DNA from: Nitrosotalea sp.
GTDB taxonomy: Bacteria; Chloroflexota; Dormibacteria; Dormibacterales; Dormibacteraceae
Reading direction: 5' to 3'
Length of the DNA: 64,000 nucleotides
Assembly: GCA_035534295.1 (NCBI GenBank)
Contig: DATLSE010000046.1
Coordinates: forward strand, 6,325-70,324
A model generated the notes under the pieces. That model searched no databases. It had not been told where the DNA came from and was given only the letters and a program-made list of their open reading frames with translations. Position 1 is the stretch's first letter, and every line of letters begins with the position of its first letter. A program made the position numbers and the translations under genes. Below are positions 63,071 through 64,000 of the stretch, piece after piece.

Positions 63071-64000
63071 TCAGCGCCGGGGCCGGCCCCCGCCACTGCG
63101 CCCGCCCCGGAAGCCGCCGGCGCGTTCCCTGGAGTCATCGGGCGCAGGCGTAGGCTCGCTCAGGGCCTGGGCCACCCGATCCTGGTCGATCGACTCCTCG
63201 ATCGGCGCGCCCTGCGCGGTCAGCTCGTCGATGGCGGCCTGCCGGCTCAGGTTGAGACGGCTCTGAGCGTCGATCTCGACCGCCTTGACCACGATCTCGT
63301 CTCCGACGTTGACGATGTGCTCGACCCGCTCCACGCGGTGGTCGCTGAGCTTGGATATGTGGACCAGGCCGTCCTGGTTGGGCAGGACCTCGACGAAGGC
63401 CCCAAAGGGCATGATGCGGACCACCTTGCCGCGGTAGATCCGGCCCACCTCGACCTCGTCGGTCAGGCCTCGGATCCAGTCGATGGCCTTGCGCGCGGCC
63501 TCCTGATCGGAGGCGGCCACAAAGACCTTGCCATCGTCCTGGATGTCGATCTGGGCGCCGGTCTCCTCCACGATCTTGCGAATCACCTTGCCCCCCGAGC
63601 CGATCACGTCGCGGATCTTGTCGGGATGGATCTGGATCGTGGTGATGCGCGGCGAGTAGGGGCTCATCTCGGTCCGCGGGCGCGGGATCACGGCCAGCAT
63701 GGAGTCGAGGATCTGGAGCCTGGCCTCACGCGCCTGGTCCAGGGCCTCGGACATCATCTGCCGGGACAGACCCTTGATCTTGATGTCCATCTGCAGCGCC
63801 GTGATGCCCTCGCGGGTTCCGGCCACCTTGAAGTCCATGTCACCGAGCGCGTCCTCCACGCCCTGGATGTCGGTGAGGATGGCGTAGCGCCCCTCACGCG
63901 TCACCAGACCCATGGCGATGCCCGCCACCGGAGCCTTGATCGGCACTCCCGCGTCCATCAGGGCCAGCGTCGACCCGCAGACCGACGCCATCGAGGTGGA
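63071..64000 (-). CDS. pnp: Polyribonucleotide nucleotidyltransferase (PNPase), C-terminal part (5' end outside window)
   Basis: The frame is open to the window edge. It holds the end of the second RNase PH domain, a KH domain ([18 protein letters not shown]), an S1 domain ([33 protein letters not shown]) and an Arg/Gly-rich tail. Confidence 0.9.
   Translation of the reverse strand, partial: STSMASVCGSTLALMDAGVPIKAPVAGIAMGLVTREGRYAILTDIQGVEDALGDMDFKVAGTREGITALQMDIKIKGLSRQMMSEALDQAREARLQILDSMLAVIPRPRTEMSPYSPRITTIQIHPDKIRDVIGSGGKVIRKIVEETGAQIDIQDDGKVFVAASDQEAARKAIDWIRGLTDEVEVGRIYRGKVVRIMPFGAFVEVLPNQDGLVHISKLSDHRVERVEHIVNVGDEIVVKAVEIDAQSRLNLSRQAAIDELTAQGAPIEESIDQDRVAQALSEPTPAPDDSRERAGGFRGGRSGGGRPRR

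Overview
This is a high-GC bacterial chromosomal segment (roughly two-thirds G+C by eye, not computed). It is about 90% coding and carries about 65 protein genes. I recognised no rRNA, tRNA, CRISPR array or intact mobile element.

- **Left third (1-24 kb):** housekeeping and central metabolism. It holds ferredoxin, icd, eno, Cys/Met PLP enzymes, a cysteine synthase plus JAMM pair, der and an OmpR/histidine-kinase pair. It also holds a 2-oxoacid dehydrogenase operon with E3 fused to E1-alpha, nadE, a ThiS/TtuB-like plus TtuA-like thiolation pair and pyrF. A TIGR00300/LOR-SDH protein and an acyl-CoA dehydrogenase-TetR-methyltransferase unit complete it.
- **Middle (24-37 kb):** looks more accessory, with lower-GC, repeat-containing intergenic regions. 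It holds a LexA-box-controlled, apparently leaderless orphan gene and TadE-TadG-TadE pseudopilin genes. Next come USP, MEDS plus a GAF histidine kinase, a GT39 glycosyltransferase and a CmcI-type methyltransferase. RHH and XRE regulators and CpaB-TadC follow.
- **Right (37-64 kb):** a long block in Bacillus-like gene order. It runs yneA-like/lexA, dapD-dapC-dapE, hflX, miaA, mutL, mutS, miaB, spoVS, ymdB, rny, recX and recA. It continues with a pgsA::cinA fusion, ftsK, rnj, udg, dapA, asd, dapB and pnp.

Packing is extreme: at least 15 gene junctions are 4-nt start/stop overlaps (GTGA/TTGA/ATGA). Many long ORFs in the six-frame track are antisense shadows or 5' over-extensions, as expected for high-GC DNA.

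The most interesting observations are:
- the E3-E1alpha fusion;
- a ThiS-like gene ending GG-CAA whose Gly-Gly codons form the RBS of the coupled TtuA-like gene;
- four Cheo-type LexA boxes that define a small SOS regulon including an unknown leaderless gene;
- a PgsA-CinA(PncC) fusion;
- a fragmentary Tad locus preceded by a triple 9-mer repeat;
- genes whose conserved N-termini lie upstream of any canonical start codon.

I did not find an obvious complete novel multi-gene system such as a defence island. The taxon cannot be assigned from the sequence alone; Chloroflexota, high-GC Firmicutes-like lineages and related candidate phyla are all compatible.
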